This document shows, one piece after another, positions 50,380 to 63,284 of a stretch of DNA of 64,000 nucleotides. The stretch is from Eledone cirrhosa (Eukaryota), in the NCBI GenBank assembly GCA_964016885.1, contig OZ024743.1, positions 225,308,001 to 225,372,000 of the forward strand, in the 5' to 3' direction. The notes below the pieces were generated by a model. That model was not told the origin of the DNA. It saw nothing but the letters and a program-made list of their open reading frames with translations, and did no database searches. A program made the translations under genes and the position numbers. Numbering within the stretch: the first letter of the stretch is position 1; every line of letters starts with the position of its first letter.

Positions 50380-50880
50380 TTCTAGCTGTGTCCATCTCAT
50401 CTTTTTAGGGTTATGTTAGGACCATAATGGTCTAAAGACAAATGTAACAAAATAAGAACATAAGTGCCAAAGGTAAACACATGCATGCTATAGTAGTCTA
50501 TCTGTTTATATGCTCGTGAGATGTGGATGCTAATAGCTGAGGAAAATACTACATTTAAAATGAGAAGCTACATAAAAATCTTGGGTATCTTCTACACAGA
50601 ACACATAAGTAATGAAGGCATTGGCATGGCAATAAGGCAACATGAGGGAAAATACAATGAACTATTAATAATTGTAAAGAAAAGAAAAATGAGATGGAAT
50701 GGTCCTGTGACAAAAATCTGATGGATTGACCAGGACCTTCCTCCAAGGAACAGTTTAGGGGGGGGGGCAAGGATGTCAAAGGATAAATGGGCAGATAACA
50801 CTAAGAAATAGACTAGTATAGACTTTGTGACAATTCAAGTCCTGGCTCACAGCAGAGATGAATGGTAGGAGATGGTACAG
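50380..50880 (+). mobile_element. Old RTE-like RT C-terminal fragment
   Basis: ILGIFYTEHISNE..LLIIVKKRKMRWNG, FLQGTV and KWADN remnants. Confidence 0.65.
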
Positions 50881-51422
50881 AGCTCCAGCATGCAGCATCC
50901 CATGGCCCTGGAGAGTCATAGGATCATTAGTAGTAGGATATATCTTTTTGGCATTGTTTCTATGGCTAGATGCTCTGCTTAACAGAGTGTACTGGATGCT
51001 TTTTATTGTGGCACAAGAACTACAGAGGTTGTTACATTCTCAGCAAGATTAACAAGTTAATTTTATTCTATGTTGTCCACATTTGGCCACCAACCACTAT
51101 AAGGAATGTAATGGGTGCATTTTTAATGCAGCACCAGCATTAGAGAGATTGTTGTGACCCCCACATGGCAAAAGAGACTTCTTCACTCTCCTTTTTTTAA
51201 ATGGTAGGTATCATATAAGGGAGACTTGTATGATATTTGCTGCAGATCAAACAACCATGGAAATACTCTTTCATTGACACATATATTCAGGATTTACAAT
51301 TGTGAGAACAGATTAGATGTGATAGCAACTCAAATAAAAAACAATTTTGACATAAATATCAGAAACAGTTTGTTTTGTTTTATGTAATAACTAAAAAAAA
51401 ACATATTTAATTTTCATTAATC

Positions 51423-51645
51423 TTAACCCTTTAGCATTTAAACTGGCCATATCCGGCCAGAATTCCCTCACCTCTTTCTGTTCAAACTGGCTGTAACTGG
51501 CCACTCATACTGACATTAAAGTATTGTTCTCAAAATAAACAACATCAAAATCTAATAGATTCTATATTATATGAGATAATTATGTAAGATAAAGCGCTTT
51601 ACCACAAAAATACAGTAGTATTATAGTGTAATATTAAAGGGTTAA
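51423..51645. mobile_element. piggyBac-type MITE
   Basis: TTAA-CCCTTTAGCATT...AATATTAAAGGG-TTAA. Confidence 0.75.
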
Positions 51646-52568
51646 GGCAGTTTCTTTTAATAGTTTGAATTGTAAAGGGTTATTTCTAACATTTCCTGAA
51701 ATGTATATTTATGTTTGCAGGTAACAATATCTGATATTGTATCACAGGTGGCATGAGGGTTAGTGGTTTAAATTGCAATGTTGTGAGACAGAAATTCAAT
51801 AACTATGATATAATTTACTTTCCAGATTTGGTGATGATAGTTAGATTGAGATGTTCATGGAAGATGTTTTGTGAACTGAGTGACAAGCTAATGAGGAGGG
51901 GAGTGTTGTTGAAACAAAACGGAAAAGTGTATGCAGCATGTGTGAGGTGACAAATGCCCTGATTTATGGGAGCAAGAAAAGGATAGAAAGAATGGAAATA
52001 CAAATGGGTTGGTGGATAAGTGGAGTATGACAGAGAGAGAAAACAAACAATGAATTGCAAAGAATGATGGGAATAGAATTAGTGACAAATTTTCACCATG
52101 AACACTCCATTTGGGGTTGAGAGGGAAAAGTATTTAGTATTATATTATGTAATATAAATCCTTCTCTTTTTTGTTAAAATGGTAGAATATGATTGAAATA
52201 GATTTGGTTTTTATTTCTTGCACCTCGAATGACCATGTAGAGGCTCCTTTGAGTGACACTGGATTGCCTCAATCAAGTCAGATCTTGAGCCAATATCTCA
52301 CTCTCACATATATAGTTGGAATTGGTTGACAATATCTGGTTCTCACATATATAGTGTTCACCATTCGAATCATAACTGGTTGACAATATCTGATTTGGAT
52401 ATCTTTAATTGCCATGCATGAGCAACTTTTGTTTATGAAGCTATAAATGCATTGGGTGATGCCAGTTCAACCAATTTTAGGTAAAAGCCAACACAAATAC
52501 AAATAAACTAAGGATTAACATCAAACAAGAAATTATTACTTTTCTATGTCTATATATATATATATATA

Positions 52569-52815
52569 TCATCATCGTTTAATGTCTATCTTCCATGCTC
52601 GCAAGGGTTAGACATGTTTGTCCCATTTGAGGCAAGTTTGGTCAGGTGACTGTGTCTCGCTTGTATAGGACTGTTTCTGGGTGGTTTTCTATGGCTGGAT
52701 GCCTTTCCTAATGCCAGCCACATACACAGTGTGTGCTGGGTGCTTTTTGCCATGTCTCCTACATGACTACTTTACAGTGTGGATTGGGTGCTTTTTGTCG
52801 TGACACCTACACTGT
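52569..52815 (-). mobile_element. RTE 3' UTR/tail fragment
   Basis: Reverse complement resembles 10490-10760. Confidence 0.75.
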
Positions 52816-53045
52816 TTCAACAGCATTTGGAACTAGCTGTTGAAATGGCAGGAGCTCAGCTGTTGGGGTCCGACTCCTTCATTACTCTAATACCACAAGT
52901 ATTGAGTACTATGGTGAGTAATGGTCTAACACGTTTTTACTGCATCCATTCTGATTTATATATATATATATATATACGCAAACATATATATATATATACA
53001 TACACGCGCACACACACATATAAATAGGAATATAAATATATTTAC

Positions 53046-53119
53046 CTAACTAAGTTTTCTTTCAATATATCAGACCTTTCCTCAGCTGAACTCTCTTCAA
53101 AATATATACATATTTTACT
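53046..53119 (-). CDS. Candidate internal exon of an unidentified host gene
   Basis: Strong ttttcttttctttttgcag acceptor, AG|gtaaat donor, open frame SKICIYFEESSAEERSDILKENLV. Confidence 0.45.
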
Positions 53120-54030
53120 CTGCAAAAAGAAAAGAAAATATCTTGTAAATATAACATGTTCAAGAATTAGTGAACATATATGTTAAAGTTGTTGCAATTA
53201 TCATGTGTGAATGTGGGTGTAAAAGGTATAAAATTCAAAGAAGTAATGACTAAGTGCATGAATATCGAATTACATATGTATGTATATATAAACCAAGAAA
53301 TATGTGACTAAACATTCGATGGGAAAATGAGGTTGGTTTATATTCGAGGTCAATATTTTGCCAATTTTTACCAAGTTCAAATTCTATGTAAATAAGGTGC
53401 TAAAATATATGGAGTTAATATTTTACAATGAAACAGGTTTTCTATATTTACATCATCATTGGTTTTATTTATGCATTCCCATGAAAATATTTCTAACACA
53501 TTTTTATTATTTGAACTTTTTAATACATAAATACATAAATATCCCATACACATGCACATGTGTACCCACGCATTCATGATTTTCTCTGACTTAATAATAC
53601 ATTTTCTTTCAATCTTTCTATCTACAGAAAAAAACAAAACAATAATGCCTACCCACCTGCCTGTCTATATATCTATCTGTCTTTCAGCATGTCTATCTGT
53701 TTGATTGTCAACCTTTAGTTAATTGTTTATGTATAATTACCAATGTATCTATCTTGATAAAAACAGAAATAACAACAAAGGACTAATCCCAAAATCAATC
53801 AGAAGATAAATAGATGCATAATTAAAACAAAGTCATTTTAATTTAGTGGATATATTGTTTGATAATGATTGAAGAAAATATCGAAAAGAATTATTGTATT
53901 TCATTCAAAGGAATATAAAATGAAATACGATGATGGCCAGAATGACAAGAGAGAAGATCAAGGAAAATCAAAGATATATATATATATACACATATGTGTG
54001 TGTGTGTGTGTGTGTGCGTGTGCATATATG

Positions 54031-54061
<31 letters not shown>

Positions 54062-54779
54062 TTGCGCGTTTAGAGAGAGATACTTAGTATCATCATTAGC
54101 ATTTAACATCTGTTTTTCTTGCAAGCAAGGATAGGGCAGGCTTTCACAGACTAAATCAGTACTCAATGAGAGCCACTGATCTTGCACTCTATGGAGTCCA
54201 CCTTACATTCTATCATGGCATTAACACTAGGGAGTTTGTAATGTCTTTGACACAGCTATAGAGTCCTGTCTACCCTTAATTTGGCAATTTCTTTTTGCTT
54301 GGTTTCTACAACTTGAAACCCTTCCTATCATCATCTCCATTGCAGAGTGTACAGGGTACATTTTTCCTGGCACCAGCACAACAGAAGTTGTTGTGCCATG
54401 TCATGACTGAAAAGTGCTCTCAATAATTTTTTTGGCATAGTTTTTATGATTTGAAGCTCTTCTTAACACCAACCACTTTACAGAATGTACTGGATGTGTT
54501 TTATTTTGGCACTAGCAGTAGAGAAGTTGTTGGTCATTGACTCAACTGAAGAGACCTCGCTACCCTATGGGAAGGGGAGATGTAGGAAGAATGAAGCATG
54601 CAATTTCATCGGTAAGTGACAATAGGTAGAGAGAGAGGATGACATCATAATGCTGTAGGCAGATAAGTATGAAGTCAGAGGTGCATGCCAGGTGTGGCAG
54701 GTTTCAAATGCATAATGTGGGGAAGAGAAGAAGTAAAAAATGAAAAATTCATGAATCTGACTCACTGAGATTTCTCTGT

Positions 54780-55125
54780 ACCTCCTTGCTATCACATTAC
54801 TTCCTCTTGTACACCACATTGGATTACTCCCATACAGAGTCCTTCGCTCAGTTCACCCATGCCACACATCTAACAGAACTTACTTGCCCTACTTCCCTCC
54901 AGTCCTCGCATGTCCCCTGTAGTCAAGGCCCATGTCATAAAACATCACTGCCTACAAGCAGGCATCACACAGTCTCCCCAACACTTATAAAGAGAAGTGC
55001 CTGTCCCCATAATCAGCATCCATAGACTACACTGTGTTCACCTTCTGGAACTTCTGCCCATATATCAAACAAGGCCATTTCCAAACAGTATCAGGTTCCT
55101 GTCCTCCTTCCTACCTATCAAGAAT
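54780..55125 (-). mobile_element. Highly degraded RTE RT fragment
   Basis: Remnants of GKWPC, DACR..V.H..TTG and RLEGS. Confidence 0.5.
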
Positions 55126-56517
55126 CTCAGTGGCAACTAACAAAATAAGGCAACAGCCAGACAATGCTTGGTATTTAGTCATCTTATGTTCCTTGGCATG
55201 GTGGGAGGTGGCACCCAGGTTTGTAGTCAAAGCAATGTGGTTGACACAAGAAAAAGTGTCACTCTTCTATATCTACTATGAAAATTCCAATTTTCTAAAA
55301 CAAGACAGTTAAATAAAATAATAGTTTAAACACCTAACATATATCAGCCAACTCAGCTAATTCTAAAATGTTAACATTTTTAAAGGTTAAGGAAGGTTTT
55401 AATTTTACCATTCTCTACTCAAAGGCAATGTATCTCAGAATTTTATTTCCCCTGCCTCACTTTAATTTTTTTTTAATGTATACCCCATGATGATCAAACA
55501 AAGTTAATATATATCACAGAATATACAATCCATTCTGAATTTCCCCACCCCACCAAATTACTGCCACATACACTGGTAGGATGTGCACCCTATCTTGGGA
55601 AATACTACTCTAAAGTTAAAATGATCATTATGGCTGCATTTATTTATTTTCTTATCAATTACTAGTTTACACTCTTCATCTCAGCAGTCTAAAACACTAT
55701 TTACTTTAAATGTTAGTCCCAAGTTTAAAATAGCTTTTGACTTAATAATTTTTTTTCAATCATTTATTTACATATTTATTTTTATGTTTTACTTCACCAC
55801 TATACATTAATTTATTCAAGAACACAAATTTCTCAAAAGCCATCTTGGAACTATCTTTGAAGAAAAATTTCATCTCTTTCTCAATTAGCATCATGCTACC
55901 AGTGATTAAATGTAAATATTTCTCTCTCTCTCTCGCTCAGTTCCATTCAATAACTTGATCCACTTGCTAAACCTTTTAGACATTTAGCTTCATCCAAGAA
56001 TGAAATCAATAAATTTTTACAACCTCCATAATGTCATGCTATTTATATTCCTTAATGTATTCATGGATACCAGAGAATATAATTATATTTTTTTTTAAAT
56101 TGAGATTTACTCTAATGTCCACCAAAGTTCCTTGAAGATCTGCTACCACTCTAGAATTTCCCATTAGCTTACAAATCTTTTTCAATCCTATTTCAAATCT
56201 CTTTCTACTTTTGTATTTTATAAAACAATTTGCAACTAATATTCATGAACATTTTTCAGTTGATTCCCATTTATTATTCTTACATTTAATTGAGAAATTT
56301 GATACAATAGATTTCTTGTAGAAATATGACCAATAAATAGCTGTGCAGAGTACAAGATAAAAGTTGGTGTATTTTCATTATGTTATTTGTACTAAAGCTT
56401 TGACAAATATCTTACAGGTTGAATTTTCTTAAACCAATTACAAACATAGATTCTCAGACTATTAAAGATACATTAATTTTGTTTTTCATTTCATTGGTCA
56501 TTTTTACATTCATTTCC

Positions 56518-56640
56518 CTAACAGAACTTACTTGCCCTACTTCCCTCCAGTCCTTGCATGTCCCCTGTAGTCAAGGCCCATGTCATAAAACATCACTGCC
56601 TACAAGCAGGCATCACACAGTCTCCCCAACACTTATAAAG
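56518..56640 (+). repeat. 123-bp direct copy of 54870-54992
   Basis: One mismatch seen. Confidence 0.95.
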
Positions 56641-57534
56641 GATGGATTGTTCCAAAAAATTAAAATATTGACATGACATTTTGGAAGTCAATAATTTAAC
56701 ACTTTTGTGATTTTATTTCTAATGAAATACACTATTTCAATTAATTAATTAATTAATGAAGAATTTGAAATTGTTGTTAATCATTTTACTATATAGTTCT
56801 TATATAAAATTAAGTCAGAAGATTTAATTTTCCCCATGACCCTCTCAAAAAAGAAGATTTAATTTAGATAGGAACTCATTAAAACAAGTGGTTTGTTATA
56901 TAGAACCAGAGCCAGTTTTGGCCAAGTTGGTATCAAAAAGCAACTTCCCATTTTTTTTATCAATCAACCCAACTGTAAAGTGGTTGTCATATTTTAGTTA
57001 AACTGGCCACCGAAATGTAATGCTATTTACTTGAAAGCATGATTCAATTATGGAGTCACACACTATATTATTTATATATGTGTGTATTGTTTTACTATAT
57101 AGAGGAAAGAACAGAGAAAGTAAATAGAATCCTGACAGAGGTAAGCATTGATCTACTTTGCCTGTTTTTTTATAAAAGTCATAACTATGCACCATTACTA
57201 GTGATGGGATGGTCATAGCTGGAATGCCCGTAAACATAGATTTGCTCAGTCGGGACCAACTTGGAATTTAAAAAAAAATTCACAAAGATCACACCCATAG
57301 AACACCTGTACATCAAAATAAAAATGAATTACTACCTAGATGTGTGAGGGGTACAGTTTGATATTGCAGAAAGCTCCATTCCTTGCAACCCATTACATGA
57401 ACAATCACCCTTAAAAAAAAAACAGAGACATTGACTACCCTACTTCAGAACAGCTACTATAAAAGTATCTTATGAACACTATTTCTATCACTCAGTCCAG
57501 AAATCATAAAAAATAAAGACAACCACACAAAAGC

Positions 57535-58020
57535 ACTGTTAGTCTCAAATATTGTGTAGGGATTCTTACTGCCAATGGTTAGCCCCAAATATAGTGTAGC
57601 GATTCTCATCACCAATAGTTAACCCTAAATATTGTAATATTGTGTAGGGATTCTCACAACCAATAGTTAACCCCAAATATTGTTTAGCGATTCTCACCAA
57701 TAGTTAACCCTAAATATTGTGTAGGGATTCTCACCACAAATGGTTAGCCCCAAATATTGTGTAGGGATTCTCACCCCCAATGGTTAACCCCAAATATTGT
57801 GTAGGGATTCTCACCACCAATAGTTAGCATCAAATATTGTGTAGGGATTCTCACCACCAATGGTTAGCCCCAAATATTGTGTAGAGATACTCACCACTAA
57901 TAGTTAACCTAAAATACTGTGTAGGGATTCTCACCACCAATAGTTAACCCAAAATACTGTGTAGGGATTCTCACCACCAACAGTAAACTCTAAATATTGT
58001 GAAGGGATTCTCAACACTAG
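57535..58020. repeat. ~41-bp minisatellite, about 12 units
   Basis: Consensus AAATATTGTGTAGGGATTCTCACCACCAATAGTTAACCCC. Confidence 0.95.
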
Positions 58021-58593
58021 TATAATTGCAGGAGAGCATCGAGAACAAGTTCACCTTACTCTACTTTATTATCATCATCAGCAGAATCTACAGACATGCA
58101 GAAATAGACTGGACAGTGGTGAGTGCAAAATATTTCTAGATAGCCACACCGCACAACATACAATCAAGTACTACATGTCAGAATATGTAGTACAGTCTTC
58201 AACTATGGGTCAGAGGATTGCACTCAATCATTTGTCCAGCTATTCATGCTCTATAGATTATCTTAATCAGAGCTATAACTTGGAACTATACAATAACAAA
58301 AACAACAACCAATAAAGACTGAAACATTAAGGATATACAACATAGTAATTCTATGACCAGTTCTTCAATATGTCAGTCTACAATAAGAACATCTTAGATT
58401 GAGAAACACTTTCTATTGATTGGTTGCTTATATGTAAACACAATTTGTTTGTATAGAAACAGGTTGTTTTCCTTTATACTTAATTCAGGCTCCAAATATT
58501 GAATTAATACATATATACTACAGACTGACGTCTCTAATAGATTAACACACCCTCCTGTTTCTACAACAACATCTATTTATTCTTACTGTTACT

Positions 58594-58635
<42 letters not shown>

Positions 58636-59119
58636 CACGTTTCTCAGTGTATGTAAGTATATGGTTCTTTTTTTACTCATGTGCACATGAGTATTTGTGT
58701 GTAAATAGTGGATGTGTAAATGATAATCTATGTATAGGTGTACAGATATGTATGTATGTATCTGTGTGTTAATGGCTGTTTATTTTCTCAGTGTCTCTTT
58801 GAAGAGCTTTAATGAAGTGATTAAATATTTGTAGGTTGTCTGCTATATTCTACATCCAGCTTGCACTGTGAGACATTCCCTTTAACAGCTGTCAATTAGA
58901 GATCACAATAATTTGAACACCTAACAATACTTATCTCCCCAGCAGTGTTGAATAACATTGATGCTATGAAGACAATGTTGGGGTTCCTCCCCACCAGAGT
59001 AGAATGCTTTTCTTCCCTCTGTTATCAATGCAGCCACTACACTTAACTGGATGCAGTTGAATGTGTGTATTGTGTTGGACCTCCAGTTGTTCTGACAATG
59101 AGTGTTACAGTTGATCAAC

Positions 59120-59360
59120 AGAATAGCCAGCTCATGAATTTAACCTGCATGTAGTTGAGCATTTCACAGACATGTGTATCCATAAACATGGTTTTCAGGG
59201 GAATTTCACATAACACAGGTACTATTTTTTTTCTAGCTGAATAGATTGCTGCAACATGAAATAAAGTGCCTTGTCAAGGACACAGCCTGTCACAGGGAAT
59301 CAAAGACAAAATCTACCATCTTGGGCCAAACACTCAAACCAGTAAGCCACATGCTTTCAC
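59120..59360 (-). mobile_element. Degraded CORE-like SINE
   Basis: Reverse complement has TGTGGCTTACTGG, TGTGTCCTTGACAAGGCACTTTATTTCATGTTGC. Confidence 0.6.
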
Positions 59361-61654
59361 ATGCAGCAGTGTAAATACTACATAATTCTCAATATGAAAG
59401 CCATCTGTCAGTTCCCTCAAATGAATAAGGAAATTCGAATGACAATATAGAGTACCCTACTGATGATTTGTCAATGTTGATTTGTCAACAGTTTCAAATG
59501 GCATAGCCACCATCATCCTTTTACATCTTTTTTTCATGTTGGCACTGGCTGGACAAGTTGTCACGGTCTGAAACTAGCTTGTTCATACATTCCATATTTG
59601 GCAAGTTTTCTATAACTGGATACATTTCCCTATGACAACAAATTTATAGAATGTACCAGATGCATTGTGACACAAGCACTACCATTTTAGGAAATGTACA
59701 GATTGCATTTTATTTAGCCCCAACACTACAACTTTACAGTGTACTGGGTGTATTTTATCATGGCACCAGCACTAGACAATTTATCATATGCTGAAGGGTC
59801 CTCTCTACCCAATATTGTCTTCGATTGCTAACCACTTTACAGAATGTACCATTTCATGTCTAATAACATTTGTCCTCTCTATAAAATATCTTGGACTAGA
59901 GACTGTAAGAAGACAAGGGAAATGTTTAAAGGTTATCTGCCAGCAAGTTTAATGGCGCAGGCTTGTCTGTGTGCTTCACAAGCTGGATTTGCAGTTACAT
60001 GGTTCTAGGTTTATCCCATTGCATGGTACTTTGGGTAAATTGTCTTCTGCTTCACAAAGTCCTAGTGATGGAATCTGATAGGCAGAAGCTGTGTGGAACC
60101 TGACAGTAAATATATATATATATATATATATATAAGCAAAAGGGATATTCAATTTGTTGGTAATTCAACAAATATAAATCTTTATAACTGATTCAGAGCA
60201 CTTGACAGGTTTTCTGGAGTATAATATTCAATGATATTAAATAAATGGAAACTATATTTATAAAAGCATATTTATTCTATTATATATATTTCAAGGGTAC
60301 CAAAACTTTCGTACGCTCTCATCAGATAAAATACAAAGTTTGTTTGATAAATTTTGACATAACCAAGAACCTTAATGGTTCAAGTTTTTCTTGGATAGTG
60401 AAGCAAACGAGAAGAAAAGTCAGATATTTCAAATTATTAAGATGAGTATGCAAATGAGGTTGAGGTATAGGGCTGAAAAAACGTTATTTTTAGACGCTAT
60501 GCAGAATTTAAATAATTAGGATATATGTATGTATAAGTAGGAAAAAGAAAAAAAAGAAAGAAGAGCTTGTATTTACGTTAATTTAAAAGGAATTAACAAT
60601 TTGCGGGAATGGTGGAATATGATTCCAGAATTTAAATTTATTTAGCTATATTATGAGTTATAATATTGTATATATAATCAATTACATTATATGAAGAATT
60701 ATGGTTGTAAGTAGATTTTATCTTATTACATTACAATAGGTTGTAAGTATATAAATATCTATATAGATTAATAATTGTGCATGTATAAGTATTATAGAAA
60801 TAGAAATAATTTACAATTATTAGTTGTTTACATTTCTCATATGAGTTACGAAGGATGTTGATTTTGCATTTTACATTAAAAAAAACATGTAGTTCAAGTT
60901 GTAAGAATAGAACAATTTGTAGATTCAAATATTTTGTTCCAACATTGAAAATGTTTTCAGAATATTGTTCATTTAGCGAAGTTATATAGTTTATCATACA
61001 TATATTATAATATAATGTTTATGTTTGCACGATTGAAAAGGAAAAGATCACTCTAATCTTGTTTGTTAACCGTTAAATTTGATGAATGATTTACTCAGAA
61101 AATATATAGAGAAAATTATATATTATTTTGTGTGAGATTAATTTCAATTATATATTATTTTAGCTGAAAGATGTGTGAAAGTTTGAAGATCAAAGAAGAG
61201 GAAAAAAGTAATGTGCATTTCGAAGAACTATCTTAAAGAGGATAAACTTTCAGAATGTCAATTAAAGATTATCAATCTACATCTAAAAAAATATATTTAG
61301 AGGGGTATCATTAAGAAAATAATGTCAAATGGTAAAAATAGTAAAAAAAATATTAAAAAATTAAAAAATTAATGTCAAATGGTAAAAATAGTATTAATAT
61401 TAAAAAATTAAGAAGGAAGATCATTTAAAAAAAATTTTAATTTTAATTTTTAAAGAAAATAGGATCATTTTAAAGGTGTATAAGATATAGTCAAGTGTAA
61501 TGAATATTATAAATTAAAAATACTTCTGAAAGTGGAATTTTGGCGATGTTTGCAACTAGAAAATAATTCTGTTTTAAGATTAATAGTTTTGACAGTTAAT
61601 TATATAAAATATTTCCTCGATACACAAGTTACAGAATCTTGAGAAAGCCATATT

Positions 61655-62083
61655 TCAGTATGCAGGTGCTTTCGAAATCATTCCCCAAGATATTGAATAG
61701 TCTATATTGTTGTCTTTTAAGTTCCAAATTAAATGTGAAAGTGATGTGAGAAAATTTTTTTTATCGGATCTATTAAATGTGTGTTTATGGTCAAACCAGC
61801 GTTCTTTGAATTTTATAGAAGTGGCACTAGTATAGTTAAATACTTTGTCTCTAGTTTTAACTGTGCATTTATAAATTAGGTGTTTGTCTAAGCAATTATT
61901 TTGTAAAGGGCAGTTTGATTTAATTCTACAGTTACATTTTCTGGAGCTGTTGTTATTCGGAATGGTACTATTATTCTGAATATTGTTGTTAGAAATAATA
62001 TTATTGCTATTTTGGTTTGTTTGGTTAGGGTTTAAATTTAAGTTTCTATTATTAATTCTATTTATATTTTGTGCTATGTTCAT
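61655..62083 (-). pseudogene. Naiad Cys-linker and GIY-YIG domain
   Basis: CxCx5Cx5C, IYKC, TSLSHLIWNLK. Confidence 0.85.
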
Positions 62084-62333
62084 AGTAGTAGAGTAGGATA
62101 ATTTTATAGTGTGTTTGTTAAAAATAGAGTGGTATCTGTGGGCTTTAGGAAAACATTTATCTAGTGCTTTAAAAAATAGCTTTGCTAAAGGTTTTTTAAC
62201 ACTTAATGAGAATGGGGGAGAGTACCAAATAATATTTCTAGTTCTATTTTTTGTTTAGTTTAGTGTTTAAGTTAAATTGTTTATTATTATTATAATTAAT
62301 TCTAGGATGATTTGTCATGTTATTGTTATCTAT

Positions 62334-63147
62334 CTATTTAATTTTATTCCAGTTTCCTGCTCTATGTAAAGCTTCATTGTAATATTCTGCCTTATCATCA
62401 AAAATATTTTTATTAGCAGAGATGCGTGAAATCCGTTGTTGGACGCTATTGACAATAGTGTTTTTTATATTTCTAGGATGATTATAATTGAAACTTACGT
62501 AATTTAGATTTTCGTTAATTTTATAGAATGGATAGTAAAGACCTGTGCTAAGGTTTAAGGTTACATCTAAGAAGTTAACGATTTTGTAATTATTCTCGAT
62601 TTCTAAATTAAGGTTGTAGTTATTGATAAATTGTATTATGAATTTCCTTTTCCTATGGTTTTCAATTAAAAGTAACATATCGTCGCGATATAAACCTCCG
62701 GCCATCTCTCGCATTTTCTTATGCAGTACATTATTAATAAATAATCCAACGAGGTCCGTTACTTGCGCCGAGTCAGATGATCCCATAGTGATATCAAGAT
62801 TGTTTTTTCTGTCGGCTCTTGTCCAGAGATGATTATTAAATTTTATTAGGGTTTTACGTGCTGTTAGAATTATATTCATTTCTTCACTAAATAAATCTGT
62901 ATGTTTAGATGCGTAGATAAGTGCCTTATTAAGTAAGCTAGGGGTAATAGAGGAGTAGTAATTTGCAATATCCATTTGAATTAATTTTTTGTTATGTTTT
63001 AATTTTATCTTATTAAACCAATCTATAACTTCATTAGTACAGTTCCATAGTTTAAGGTGTGATTTTTCTTTAAGTAGTGGTATAATTCGATCTAATATAT
63101 GCTTGCTAATTATGCCTAAGTCCGATTTAGATGGTGCGATGAGTCTG
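62334..63147 (-). pseudogene. Naiad RT core, 5'-truncated
   Basis: RLIAPSKSDLG..YRDD..NFLDVTLNL; the first residues of the computed ORF come from the inverted segment. Confidence 0.88.
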
Positions 63148-63190
63148 ACAATAACATGACAAATCATCCTAGAATTAATTATAATAATAA

Positions 63191-63284
63191 TTGTTTCAAC
63201 TTTTGGCACAAGGCCACAATTACCCAGTGCATTACTGGTACTTTATTTTATCGATCCCGTAAGGATGAAAGGCAAAGTTAACCT
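63191..63284 (-). mobile_element. SINE 3' fragment inserted in an (AAT)n tract of the inverted arm
   Basis: Reverse complement of ~26184-26280. Confidence 0.85.

Noticed and set aside
57535-58020. CRISPR-like array
   Set aside because: Units are contiguous with no unique spacers and no cas genes; it is a minisatellite
61655-61657. In-frame TGA (KAPAY*NMAFSRFCNLC) as selenocysteine, which is reported for some Naiads
   Set aside because: Not at a conserved Cys position; the Cys motifs in these elements use TGT/TGC; the element is frameshifted; no SECIS seen
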